Positions 12,698 through 24,135 of a stretch of 64,000 bases of DNA are shown here, in pieces. Source of the stretch: Cirrosporium novae-zelandiae. Lineage: Eukaryota. How positions within the stretch are numbered: position 1 is the stretch's first letter; each line of letters begins with the position of its first letter. Position numbers and translations under genes: made by a program. The stretch covers positions 62,001 through 126,000 of the forward strand of contig JAPETS010000005.1 in NCBI GenBank assembly GCA_026023565.1, in the 5' to 3' direction. The notes below the pieces were generated by a model. The model made no database searches, had not been told where the DNA came from, and saw only the letters and a list, made by a program, of their open reading frames with translations.

Positions 12698-13210
12698 TGT
12701 GGCTGTGGATAATTGATAGCTGGGGTGAGTTGTTAGCGGAGATGCGGATGATGGCGAAAAGTGCGGAGGTGGAAAGATAAGTAAGGTTTTAATGGAGAGA
12801 ACTGCTAGCTGGCAGGTGACGTACAGTTTTGCTTGTCTTGTTTTTCAGGAAGCGAAAATCAGGATAAAATTCTAGATGAAAAGTTATTGGCTTTTCTTTT
12901 TGTTTTGGTCTTTGTTTAAAAAAAGGAGAGATTATAGGATTGAGTGGAGAGTTAAAAGCGAAGTTGAGAAAGAAGAGATGGTTTGTTTGGTGACGATGGA
13001 ATTGGTGGATGTTCGGGTCTTTGTGAAAGTTCTCGACTTCAAATGGCCAAGCTTCTTTGCCAAGATCAATTACGAGATATGAGGTAAATAGTCTTACCCG
13101 AAGCAGTTAGTGGTACTGGCGATCAAAGATATGATTGGTGCCCTCTTATCCCTCTGATTCCCCCGACTTCGGAACTCTGTAATCTCTGTCAACTAAGAGA
13201 CGTGGAATTT

Positions 13211-13219
13211 TTATCAGAT
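13211..13219 (-). promoter_or_regulatory. ATCTGATAA box (SreA/Sre1-type iron-responsive GATA consensus ATCWGATAA) upstream of ISU1
   Basis: TTATCAGAT on the + strand, about 515 bp upstream of the ISU1 ATG; further GATAA cores near 12776, 12863 and 13146. Confidence 0.55.
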
Positions 13220-13816
13220 GTGATTATTAATTAATTAATCGGAAATATCGCTCATTTTCGTACGACTATGGCCATATCTCCGACAATTCCCTCCACCTGG
13301 CTGGATTCACCGACTCTGGACACCTCATACCTTGATGACTCTTTACTCTTATGAAATCTCCCACCAAGGGATTGTTAGTACTACTTGAGCAAGGACAGGA
13401 AGATGGGTTAGTGCAGCACTGAAATGCTAGTTTGCAAATTTTATACTCCCTATGAACATGGTGTTGGACGATAGAGAGCATATTGTTTTTAGCTGTAATA
13501 ATGCCATGTAACCCAGCCCTAGTGAATGCGTGTGACGGTATATGTCATTAGAAGGGGAGGTGAGGAAGGACGAGTATAATGAAAATCATAGTAGTTTATA
13601 TCTCAAATATCTTGGCCGAACTGTCACTAGGACCGAGGAACTCACAAGCTATGAGTACTTCGTGTATTCAATACTAGGAGCCTCATCTAGAATATTCGCC
13701 TAGAACTCCACATGGCCGTTAACCCTCTCACTCTACGTGCAATCTCACCTTTCTCTTAGTGGAAAGAATCAAGCCCCCCCCCCTTGTCCTTCCCCCAGCA
13801 CAACACCGAGGGAATC

Positions 13817-14098
13817 TCACACAAACCACCTCATCCCTAAACCCACCAAACCCATCAAACCCCATGTAGTACTACTCTTCATTAAATTAGATTTCAGCCC
13901 CACCCCTCTAGATGTCTCTCCCGAACCTTCGTCACAGTCTCCATTTATAAGACATCCGGGAATTATGATCGCTTTCGTGTCAGTGAAGACATTTGCTAGT
14001 GGGACGGCCTGCGTCGATGTGGTAGTCGTGGCGAGGGTCATGCTAAATGTGAGGGAGAGGGAGAGGAAGAAAAAGAGGGGGGAGAAGAGGATACGCAT
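13817..14098 (-). CDS. Small putative secreted/GPI-anchored protein (93 aa)
   Basis: Hydrophobic signal-like MRILFSPLFFFLSLSLTFSMTLA, Thr-rich tract, two Cys, then small residues and a hydrophobic C-terminus (WGLMGLVGLGMRWFV). Confidence 0.5.
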   Translation of the reverse strand: MRILFSPLFFFLSLSLTFSMTLATTTTSTQAVPLANVFTDTKAIIIPGCLINGDCDEGSGETSRGVGLKSNLMKSSTTWGLMGLVGLGMRWFV

Positions 14099-15024
14099 GT
14101 TGGTGGATACGGTATTCAAGGCAACAGAAAGAAATATGACGATGATAGAAGTTGTAGAGGTTGTACTAAGTAAGTGGTAAAGAGTAATACGAGAGGATTT
14201 GTTTCTTTTTTTTATAATAGTAGGTGGGAGACGGATAGAAAAGAGATAATGTGGGGATTTGGTTCATGAAATTATCTACCAGTCTATTCACTTGGTAATT
14301 TGACCGGTATAGCTTCTTTTTGTTGAACAATACAAGCTATAGTGAAAATAAATGAGTGAGCGAGTTGAGATAGATATGGAGATGGCATCACAGAAATAGG
14401 GTGCGGCAGTTTATAGCAATCAGTGTAGGGTTACAACTAAACTAACTGATAATTAGTGAAAATAGATAGACTATTCCTAAATTGTACTGGCAGAAACTTC
14501 TGGCGGTTTAACATGTGAATGTTCGAAGATAGCCTAATTATTTATTTAATTATTCCTCTTTCTCCAGAATGAAGAAAATCATCTTGACTTTCCCTGACGA
14601 AACTTTGCTCTCTTGCATTAAGAAGAATGGATAAACTTAATGATCCCCCCACACAAGCCAAGGACTGCGGAATTGATTGAATATTGAGGTCATTCCGAGC
14701 GATAAAGTCGAACAGCTCACCCTCTCTTTCTCTCTCTCCCTTTCTCTCAGAATGACCTCAATAACGTCTCTATTTTCTATAGCAGGGACTATCTTTATTG
14801 CAAGATTTGACTACAATTTAATGTGCTGCAATTTGTGTCTTGACATTCCTAATACTATGTATAATGACTAGATCTCACCTAGTCTGCCTTGCATAGCCTA
14901 CCACTCCTCTTTGATGGGCGATCAGACAGACCAAGCCTCCAAAGCAACTCCAATATTATTACCTTGAAGTTTAGCATCAGTTATTTATCTTTCTCATAAA
15001 CCCTCTAAAGTATTATGCCATTCA

Positions 15025-15939
15025 ATGTCCACCTCATATATGTCATCATCATCGCCTACCATACCAGGCCCCTCAGAGCCATCGCGGTCGTCCTCCGATC
15101 CTTCTAAAGATGATATCAATAACAAAAATGAGATCCATCATGATGAACCTCTACCACCTTTCCTACCTCCGCCCTCCTACAGTGTCTCACCTTCTACTAC
15201 ACTACTATCCCTAACTTACAACGATAACGCGGTGTACATAACTAATACGCCCAACACAATTGCTTACGTTACCTCCACGCCTCCCGGTAGCTCTTCTCTT
15301 CTCATATTTCGTGGTAGCTCCATACACCAACAGTCCTTATATGAAGTTTGTCCCGATCTCGATGACTTCGGTCTATTTCACCTACGCAGTAGCCACGATC
15401 GATGGCCACACGTACAACTCCGTGTGAAATTTGGAGACAAGGGCATGGGATTTGAAGTGCATACTCGGGACTTTACCGGACAATCCGATACAGGAGTTCG
15501 AGGGCAACGTCTATTTCGCTCAGATGGACGACAGGAGCAGGGGAGAAAATGGCTTGATATACGTGAAGCCGAGAGAAAACCTCGAACGATGGCAGTCGAT
15601 TCCGAGACGAACAAGGTCAAGGTCAATGAGAAAGGCAAGCAAAGAGCACAGGAGCATCCTCCGGCCAAGCTCGTTTTCAGAAAAGCCTCGTCAGACCTTG
15701 ATGAACAAATGAAAGATATATTAGTGGCGTCTTGGATAGCAACGCACTGGATGAAACAACATCGAGAAACGATTGTAGAGAAAGGAAAGCCGTTGCCGTG
15801 GACAGAAAAAATAAGATCATACCTCTTCGACGGGAGACTATCAATAAAGGAATCAATTAAACAGTACAACGAAAGAGGAGGGCCATTGCCAGGAACCAAA
15901 ACTTCAATTCTATTTGGAAAACGGGGAATGTTACTCTAA
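15025..15939 (+). CDS. Hypothetical protein (304 aa, intronless)
   Basis: Long ATG-initiated ORF with a Pro/Ser-rich N-terminus, a PPPSY motif and a globular-looking remainder; no family recognised. Confidence 0.7.
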   Translation: MSTSYMSSSSPTIPGPSEPSRSSSDPSKDDINNKNEIHHDEPLPPFLPPPSYSVSPSTTLLSLTYNDNAVYITNTPNTIAYVTSTPPGSSSLLIFRGSSIHQQSLYEVCPDLDDFGLFHLRSSHDRWPHVQLRVKFGDKGMGFEVHTRDFTGQSDTGVRGQRLFRSDGRQEQGRKWLDIREAERKPRTMAVDSETNKVKVNEKGKQRAQEHPPAKLVFRKASSDLDEQMKDILVASWIATHWMKQHRETIVEKGKPLPWTEKIRSYLFDGRLSIKESIKQYNERGGPLPGTKTSILFGKRGMLL

Positions 15940-17083
15940 AAGCCATTGAAGGTATGAAGTTCGGATCATTCTGTACTGTAGTTTTTGTTATGAATAATAA
16001 CTATACCCAAGCTCCGTTTTTTTTTTCCAAGCAGGAATTAAATTCACTTTCTCGGATTTTCAATCTTTCCATGTTCATGACCTTTCGATCTGACGTATTC
16101 GGATTGGAAAAGTTATCGGACTCGGAGACGATATCGCCTGATAGATCCGAGAGTTTAGATAGTAGGTTAGGGAGGAAGGGGTGTATGTGGCTTAACGGAT
16201 TGTCCGGAAGATGTAAATGTAAGGCTGAGAAGGCTGACAAGAATGTGATGGTATAGGAAGTGATTGGGGCCAATTAATGGGCTAGGTGCTTTGCTGCCTG
16301 ACAAAAAGGAAAAATAAACCTTGCCATTGATGTTGGTGTTGTTGGTTTTTTCCATTTTTCTTTCTGAACATGTGGCATCTTTCAAGCACTTCACATGATG
16401 TACTTTCTATAATTACAGAATTACAGAGTTACATAATTACACAGAGTTGAGGTTGTGAAGTGCATGCATAAATGAACAAGGTGATTGCATCGGTGGTCGG
16501 TAGTCATGTGCACATTCTATCTTCTCCGACCCCCCAATAAAGGTCCGTGAGGGATTCCGAGGGGAGTTGGGGAACAACTGCAAGGAATAACTAGGCACGT
16601 GATAGGGTTCCAAGACCTCTTTCTTCACCCCTTTCATCTTTTTCATCCCCCGATCTTTGTGATGATTCGACTGACACATTCTTGTAAATCATTGATGACT
16701 GCGCCACCCGTATCTGGGTACCAAGATAAGTAATTATTACGAAGAATTGTTTCTTGCTATTCGCTCACTTGTTCGTTCCCCCATGAACCGAATCCGAACC
16801 TGCCGCCTTACGGGTTGCGTCTTACCGGCCCTCCGACGGGCCTCCTAACTTTATATTTCTTTCCAGAAAACTGCTCAGTTTAAAAGATGACGTCTGGAAC
16901 CCCCCCTCAAATCTTTTGCGAAATTTGTAATAATACAAAATTCTTTAAATAACTTCATATCGCTAATACGCATCCATACTCCCTGTCATTACGCGACACT
17001 TAACCCATTGTCTTGCAGAAGAATCCATCAACATTAAGACCATCCATCATCGCCTATACCTACTTGCTCCCTTTTTCTACCCC

Positions 17084-19362
17084 ATGACTGCCCCCGGCCT
17101 AGTGCACCCCCCGGTGCCTACGGATACCGATTCAATAGATGAAACTGCGTCTCACCTAGAGGGAGAACTTGGCTTGGATGGAACTGCCTCGTTGAGAACA
17201 GAAACGCCTGCTGAACCGTCAACTCTGCACAATCATCTTCAAGCACCATCTAGCAATCGGTTATCGAGGGCCTCGACTAGCTCAGACAGCTCGGAAGGCT
17301 ACGATAGTATCCAAATCGACCCTACAACCATCATTGAAGGTGGAGTAGGAGGAGGCGTCGAACCTGGAGAAGCTTGCCTATCTCCCCCACGACGACATAG
17401 CATTACACCACGACAGCCGTCTCAGCATACTAGTCGCTTCGAATCCATCAAGCCTCCATCATTAGATACGAAGCGCCCCGAATTTCAGAGGAGGAGAAGC
17501 ATACCTATCAAGTTGGAAAAAACCGATAAAAAGGGGCGATACCTCCTTATAGCCGATGATGCGGAATTGCGAGATATCCTTAAACAAGGTATCGAGCGTG
17601 GAGAGAATGGGAATATCAAGAAAAGACGGAGTCGTTTCGGTGATCTGGTATTCACCAGACAATTCACCGCATTTGATCGCCAAAATCCAAGCGGTGTTGG
17701 GTCGGCCTTCCATGGCTTCTATACTCTTTTCTGGCTAGGCACTGCTGTGATGCTGGTAAAGATTATGGCTAACAACTGGAGAGACACTGGAAGCATTTTG
17801 GGGACAAGCGAAATGCTAAAAGTCATGTTTCACAGGGATGTGGCTGTGATGTTAGCAACAGATGGGGTGATGTGTGCTGGCACAGTATTTTCCTTTTTTT
17901 TACTGAAAGCTATCAACAACGGATATCTGAGTTGGAACAGGTCTGGTTGGCTGATTCAAAATGTATGTATCTCATACCGGTTCCTCAATTTTGACCCCTG
18001 TTGCAATGTGCTGATTCGATATGACAGCTCTGGCAAATATTATTTCTGGGTGTGATGATTGAATGGACTCTACTCAGAGAGTGGCCTTGGACTCACACTA
18101 TTTTCATTGTTTTGCATAGTATCATCATGCTCATGAAAATGCATAGCTATGCGTTCTATAACGGCCATTGTACATTTCCCGTACTCTACTTGCTCTGGGT
18201 AAAAGACACTAACTCTCTCATAGTATCAGAAGTCCTCAAACGTCGCAGAGTCCTCGAAAAGAAACTCCATCAGCTTGATGAGCTTGATCAGGAAACGATC
18301 CCGACGACCCTAACGCCGAGTGTCTCAGCTTTTGCAACCTCCTATCTGGAAGCAAAGGATCTTCACCATCAACTGAACCATCGCCGCCGACATTCTGCTC
18401 ATGCTTCGACTCCTACTGACAGGAATGTAGCTTCCGAACTTGCCAATGTGGCCTCTGCTCTCGACTCCGAAGCACCACTTGATGCTGATCAGATACGCTC
18501 GCTCCGCCGACTTTTAAGGTGGGAGATCGATACTCTAAACGAGGAACTCCGAGGCAAGTCCACCGAAAGCGAAAACATTTACCCTTTGAATCTCACGCTA
18601 CGCGATTTCTATGCCTACATACCTCTCCCAACTGTCGTTTATGAACTGGAGTATCCCCGTCAAGCCGAGATTAACTGGGAATATGTGGTGGAAAAGACAA
18701 TCGCAGTTTTTGGCGTCATTGGCGTCATGATGGCAATTAGCCAAGCGTACATCTACCCTGTGGTCATGCAAACGGTCCACATGCGAGACCAAGAAATGCC
18801 ATTGGTAGACCGACTCAAAGAATTCCCTTGGATTTTACTGGATTTGATAGGCCCATTCATGATGGAGTACCTACTCAGCTGGTATGTTATCTGGGAGTTG
18901 ATTGTAAGTTACCTATGCAACATGACTATCCCGCTCCTATCTAACATTGTCCCTTAGCTTAATCTTCTCGCTGAAGTAACCCGCTTCGCTGACCGTGGTT
19001 TCTACGCCGATTGGTGGAACTGTACGTCTTGGGATGCCTTTGCCCGTGATTGGAACCGCCCTGTTCATAACTTCCTTCTCCGCCACGTTTATCACAGTTC
19101 TATTTCTAGTTTCCATGTTTCCCGAAATACAGCTACCCTAATCACGTTCCTGTTATCTGCGTTTGTGCATGAACTCGTTATGTGGTGCATTTTTAAAAGG
19201 CTTAGGGGTTATCTACTGTTTTTCCAGATGATCCAGTTACCACTTATACAGCTGAGTCGAAGCAAATGGATGAAGGGAAGGACGGTGTTGGGGAACATTG
19301 CCTTTTGGATTGGAATCTTAACAGGACCGAGCCTGCTCTGCAGTTTATACCTGATTATTTGA
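17084..19362 (+). CDS. ARE2: Sterol O-acyltransferase (MBOAT, Are1/Are2-like); introns about 17964-18027, 18170-18223, 18904-18957
   Basis: FTRQFTAFDRQN, MKMHSYAFYNGH, PTVVYELEYPR, TRFADRGFYADWWN, WNRPVHNFLLRHVY, SAFVHELVM. Confidence 0.93.
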
Positions 19363-20323
19363 GTGGGATAGTTGTTTTTTGGGCAATAGGGTCGTAGGTT
19401 TAGCCGTGAAGCCCACTAAGGCCTGTCTGGTTATGGACCTGTTTGCTTGGTGTAAGAGGAAAGGATCGGCGGGGAGCAGAGGAAGCTGTGATGGGGTTGA
19501 GAAGATTTACGAAGGTTATGTTTGCGTCAGGCTTGGAGTGCTGGCGATGATAGTGAACTTGATAACGGGTTGAGTTGGTTGGCCAGTTGGTTGATGTTTT
19601 TGAGCACGTGTTTCTCCCTAACTATACCCATTTGCACCGACATGGGGATCCGGTGCATATTTACCATTCGTTTGAGTTTCTTGAATGCGTGCATTCAGTA
19701 TATATAGATATATGTATTACTAGCTATCCTTTTTATTCGTTATTATATTGCATCGACTCTTGGAGTTTTGGTTGACCGTTTTGATAATAGGGAGGTTTCG
19801 CACCCAGGCCTCGTCTTATTCCGAATTTTCGGAACCCTAATATATTACCGAATACGCCATTCAAATTATATCTCGGTAGATAGACTAATAATAATTATTA
19901 TTATTATTCTCGCAAATAAGACTTGTTTTGTCTAGTAGGTAAGTGTCAAGGAGCGGGTACCTAACCTAGCACGTGCTAAGTAAGACCTAGAGAAGACTTG
20001 TCATAGCGAAACTCGGCATTTGGATTATAGCCGACTGAGCTGCATGCAGGTCCCAGTCTGTGTCCCAGTCTGTGTGACGCATGTCAATATCATGGACGAC
20101 TGTGAGAGACCTTAGATACCCCACCTGCATTGTACGGAGTTTACCTGGTAACACCTTCTTTCTTCTTTTCCTTTCTTTCCTTTTCTTTTCTATATAACTT
20201 GCTTTCCTCTGCTCTTTTCTTTTCATCTTCCATCTCCGTCTTCATCATCGTCTCCACTCAGTCGTTCTTGGAATCAATTGACAACTTCTCTATTCAAGTA
20301 CCCCACTCACTTTATCAATTACA

Positions 20324-21356
20324 ATGGCTTCAAATCCACCTGGCAAATGTTGTACCGTTGGTATGCCAAACTTTCTAATGCTCTGATACCGAAAGATTTA
20401 AAGGATCTAACTTTAATTGCCTTGATATAGGTGTTAAGCATGAGGGAGAGAGCTCTGGTGAATTGAAGAAAATTGGTGATGGTACTACCCCTAGCCTATG
20501 CCCAAGACCTATCAATTGCCAAACCCACGACAAGTTTCGCTCATGCGAGCAAACTGCAGAGCAACAAACTAACAGTTCCCTATCCAGTTGAGGTATACCT
20601 CGCCTATCCATCCAACAAAAGCACCCACAACGCCATCCTCCTACTCACCGATGTTATCGGTCACCGTTTCATCAACGCCCAACTTATCGCCGACCAATTC
20701 GCCGCAAATGGCTACTTCGTCGTGATGCCCGATATCTTCCGAGGGGACCCGATTCCCCTGAACCGTCCACAAGGCTTCGACCTCATGAAGTGGTTGCAAG
20801 GACCACCGGGCCACGGGCCTAATATGGTTGACCCTGTTGTCGATCTCTGCTTGAAGGAGATGAGGGGTTCCATGGGTTGCAAGAGAATTGGAGGCGTGGG
20901 ATACTGTTTTGGTGCTAAATACGTCGTCAGGCACATGAAGCCTGGCCAAATTGATGTAGGATATATGGCACACCCATCTTTCGTGGAAGAAACCGAACTC
21001 GAGGCCATTACAGGCCCCGTTTCTATATCCGCAGCGGGTAAGTAAAACCAAATCCAAAGTCCAAAATCTCAGCCCACCCTCACTCACCTATTATACCCCT
21101 ACCGCCCCTCATATCTAGCTAGCCCGGTACTCACCTACTCTCAACAGAACATGACGACATCTTCCCCGTGGAAAAACGTCACAAATCTGAAGAAATCTTC
21201 AAGAAAACTGGCCAAGCCTGGCAGATCAACCTGTTTAGCGACGTGCATCACGGGTTCAGCGTACGCGGCGACTTGTCCGTTAAGCAGAATGTGTTTGCAA
21301 AGGAGCAGGCGTTTTTGCAGGCTGTGCACTGGTTTGATGCTTATTTGAAGGAGTAG
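20324..21356 (+). CDS. Dienelactone hydrolase family protein (Aim2-like); 4 exons
   Basis: MASNPPGKCCTVGVKHEG, NAQLIADQFAANGYFVVMPD, nucleophile motif GYCFG, AHPSFV, HHGFSVRGD. Confidence 0.92.
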
Positions 21357-22133
21357 ATCAAATTAGGGCCTAATCACTGGGGGGCATGTAGCCGTAGTGG
21401 TGCAATAAATGAATTGAAATATCTAGATGGATTAGATGACGAGAGAAGCACAGGAGTATCGAAAATAAATCTATCTGACCTACTAGCTAGATATAGTATT
21501 CTTTAATAAACCGCGTTGAATTTGAGAATAATACAACATTTAGAGATGAGGTTTTTTTAATAGTTTGGTAAGGTACAGTACCTACAGTAGAGAGTAGCTT
21601 CAGGGGTGTTGATAACGGTAATCTACTTTCTAATTCACAATCTTCACGTTTCCAGCCTTGCTCATCTCTCCTCCACAATCTCCCTACAAAGTACTGGGGA
21701 TAGATTTCTTTTGCCTGCAGATGTCCTGAAGAATATTGGCCAACAGCACCATACTTTTAGAACAGCTCCTTAAACCAATTACGTCATTTTCTTAGCTCCG
21801 TAACCTCCGCATCTTGAGCTTTCCATCTTTCTATCCGTTCCCCGGTCGGAGATGTTGATTCTTCTGAATATTTGAAGTGCAAGTGGAATAATTCTCTATT
21901 TAATAGAACAGAATATTTACGTCTATCTCGTTATTTTCAAAGCCAAACAAAAAAAACAAGCGGAGAATCTGAACTCCAGTGATAAATTATTATTATTAAT
22001 GCTGCAGTGCTTTGCCCCACCATTTAGAACTCACCCATACCCCACCATAACCAACTAATTATAATATTTTTTCCTCTTGCAGACCAATTGATGCAATTCT
22101 AACGAAAATAATCATTCCGAACAAGCCTTTAAA

Positions 22134-23365
22134 ATGATGAAAGCAATTGGCACGTTCTTTTCCCTTCTACTGTACCCTGCGTTCCCTCATCCCTAAACTC
22201 CCTCACAGCTCCAAATTAACAGTCTCCCACAACCAGAAATCAGAGATGGTAAAGGTCCTATTTCCTCCCTCTTCGTCGGCTCGATCCCCAAGCCTACCCC
22301 CACAGGAACCCAAGCCCTCGTGCATATCAAAGCCTTCGGCCTGAACCGCATGGACCTCCTCCAGCGTGAGGGACATTATCCCGTCCCTAAGGGCGCCTCG
22401 GAAATCCTAGGGGTGGAGTTTTCGGGGATTATTGAAGAGTTTGGCGATGATGTGGAAAAAGGGTTTAAGATCGGAGATGAGGTCTTCGGGTTGGCCTATG
22501 GAGGTGAGTGTATATATTTACATGCATTTTTATAATAATATAGATATGGGGGCGAGAATATACGCATACTAACCACCCGCGGGTGGAGGAGTAAAGGTGC
22601 ATACGCTGAATACATCGTCGTGTCAACACATATGCTAATGCACAAGCCAACCGAGCTCTCATGGGAGGAAGCGGCCGGGATTCCCGAGGTACGCTCCTCC
22701 CCTGATAATATAAAACACTCAGCTAATGCCCACAGACCTGGCTAACCGCACTCCAAGCCCTGCATCTAATCGGCCAACACAAGCCTGGCGAATCGATCCT
22801 CTGGCACGCCGGGGCCTCCTCGGTCTCAATTGCCGGGATCCAGCTCTCGCAGGCGGCCTCGGCCTCCCCCATCTACGTAACCGCAGGCTCCGCGTCCAAA
22901 ATCGACTTCTGCACTGCCACCCTTGGCGCAACCAAGGGCTGGAACTACCACTCCGTAGACTGGGCCCAGGAACTCTTACGCGAAACTAATGGCACGGGCG
23001 TCGATGTTATCATCGACTACATCGGTGCGGGGTACTTCGCTCAGAACCTCGCTGCCGCTGCCGTGGACGGCCGCATCGTGAATCTTGCATTCTTGGGCGG
23101 GATTAAGCTGCCTGAGGGCGTGGATATCAGTCCGTTTCTGAGGAAGCGGCTGCGGTATGAGGGGAGCAGCCTGAGGAGTAGGGATGAGGCGTATCAGCGC
23201 AGGCTGAGGGATATGCTGGTGGAGAAGGCGATGCCGAAGTTTAGGGATGGGAGTTTCAAGGTTTATGTTGAGAAGGTGTTTCAGATGGAAGAGATCCAGG
23301 CAGCTCATCGGTTGATGGAGAGTAATGCCACTAAGGGGAAGTTGATATGTTTGGTTGGTTGGTAA
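22134..23365 (+). CDS. NADPH:quinone oxidoreductase (MDR superfamily, PIG3-like); intron 1 (22150-22236) is GC-AG
   Basis: MMKAIEIRDGKGP..., IKAFGLNRMDLLQREG, EILGVEFSG, GGAYAEY, AAGIPETWLTALQAL, ILWHAGASSVSIAGIQL. Confidence 0.9.
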
Positions 23366-24135
23366 GGGTTGGATCGGAATCGATTCTTGCCCTATAGTAG
23401 TGAGGGAAAGAATGTGGTGGAGAAAAGGTTGAAAAGGAAAGTACAATGACATAAAACATACATTGATATTGGATAATGACTATAATGGCTGCTCGAATAT
23501 TCCTTTCTTGGTATAGCTTGGTTATTCAGTAGATCTTCCCTTGAAGCCATGGATCGGATAATTAAAGGCCGAATGGAATAATACATCTATCCACCTCATC
23601 ACATAGCAGTACTTACGGTCCTTGCAGTACCCTCGATGCTCAAAGGTGGAAAGTGAATATTAACGTTGAATTAGACATTTATGGGCTGAAGCGGACCGTG
23701 GAACCTACACAGTCAACCCCCCACCCCCACACACCAACATCATCATTATCATCATCATTACAACAAGACATTATTTGCTTCAATTTAGCCATCATAATTT
23801 CCATGTTTCATTTCCCTTGGTTTCTACCACAGTATCAGAAGAATGAACATGTATGAAACATAACCTAGTCTTGAAAATGTGACGGCGGTTACCCTCCTAA
23901 TGTGTGCATCTCAGTTGCTGTGCCGCAAACGTGATCCAATCAATCCGAGTAGATAGCCGCTACTAGCAAATCGGACTTCTAAATAAGCGGGTGATAGAGT
24001 GATAAGGCTGCGGCTAGATGGGACGACTGTGCCAGCTATTGATATATCTTATATATTTGAGAGCCATGTGGTCTAGGTCCAAGTAGTTCAAGGTGCCAAT
24101 CTGACAGTCTCCCCTCAAACATTTCTATCAAGAAC

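Noticed and set aside
16001..16394. Short minus-strand ORFs downstream of the 304-aa hypothetical gene
   Set aside because: Non-ATG starts, no recognisable motif and no convincing splice model
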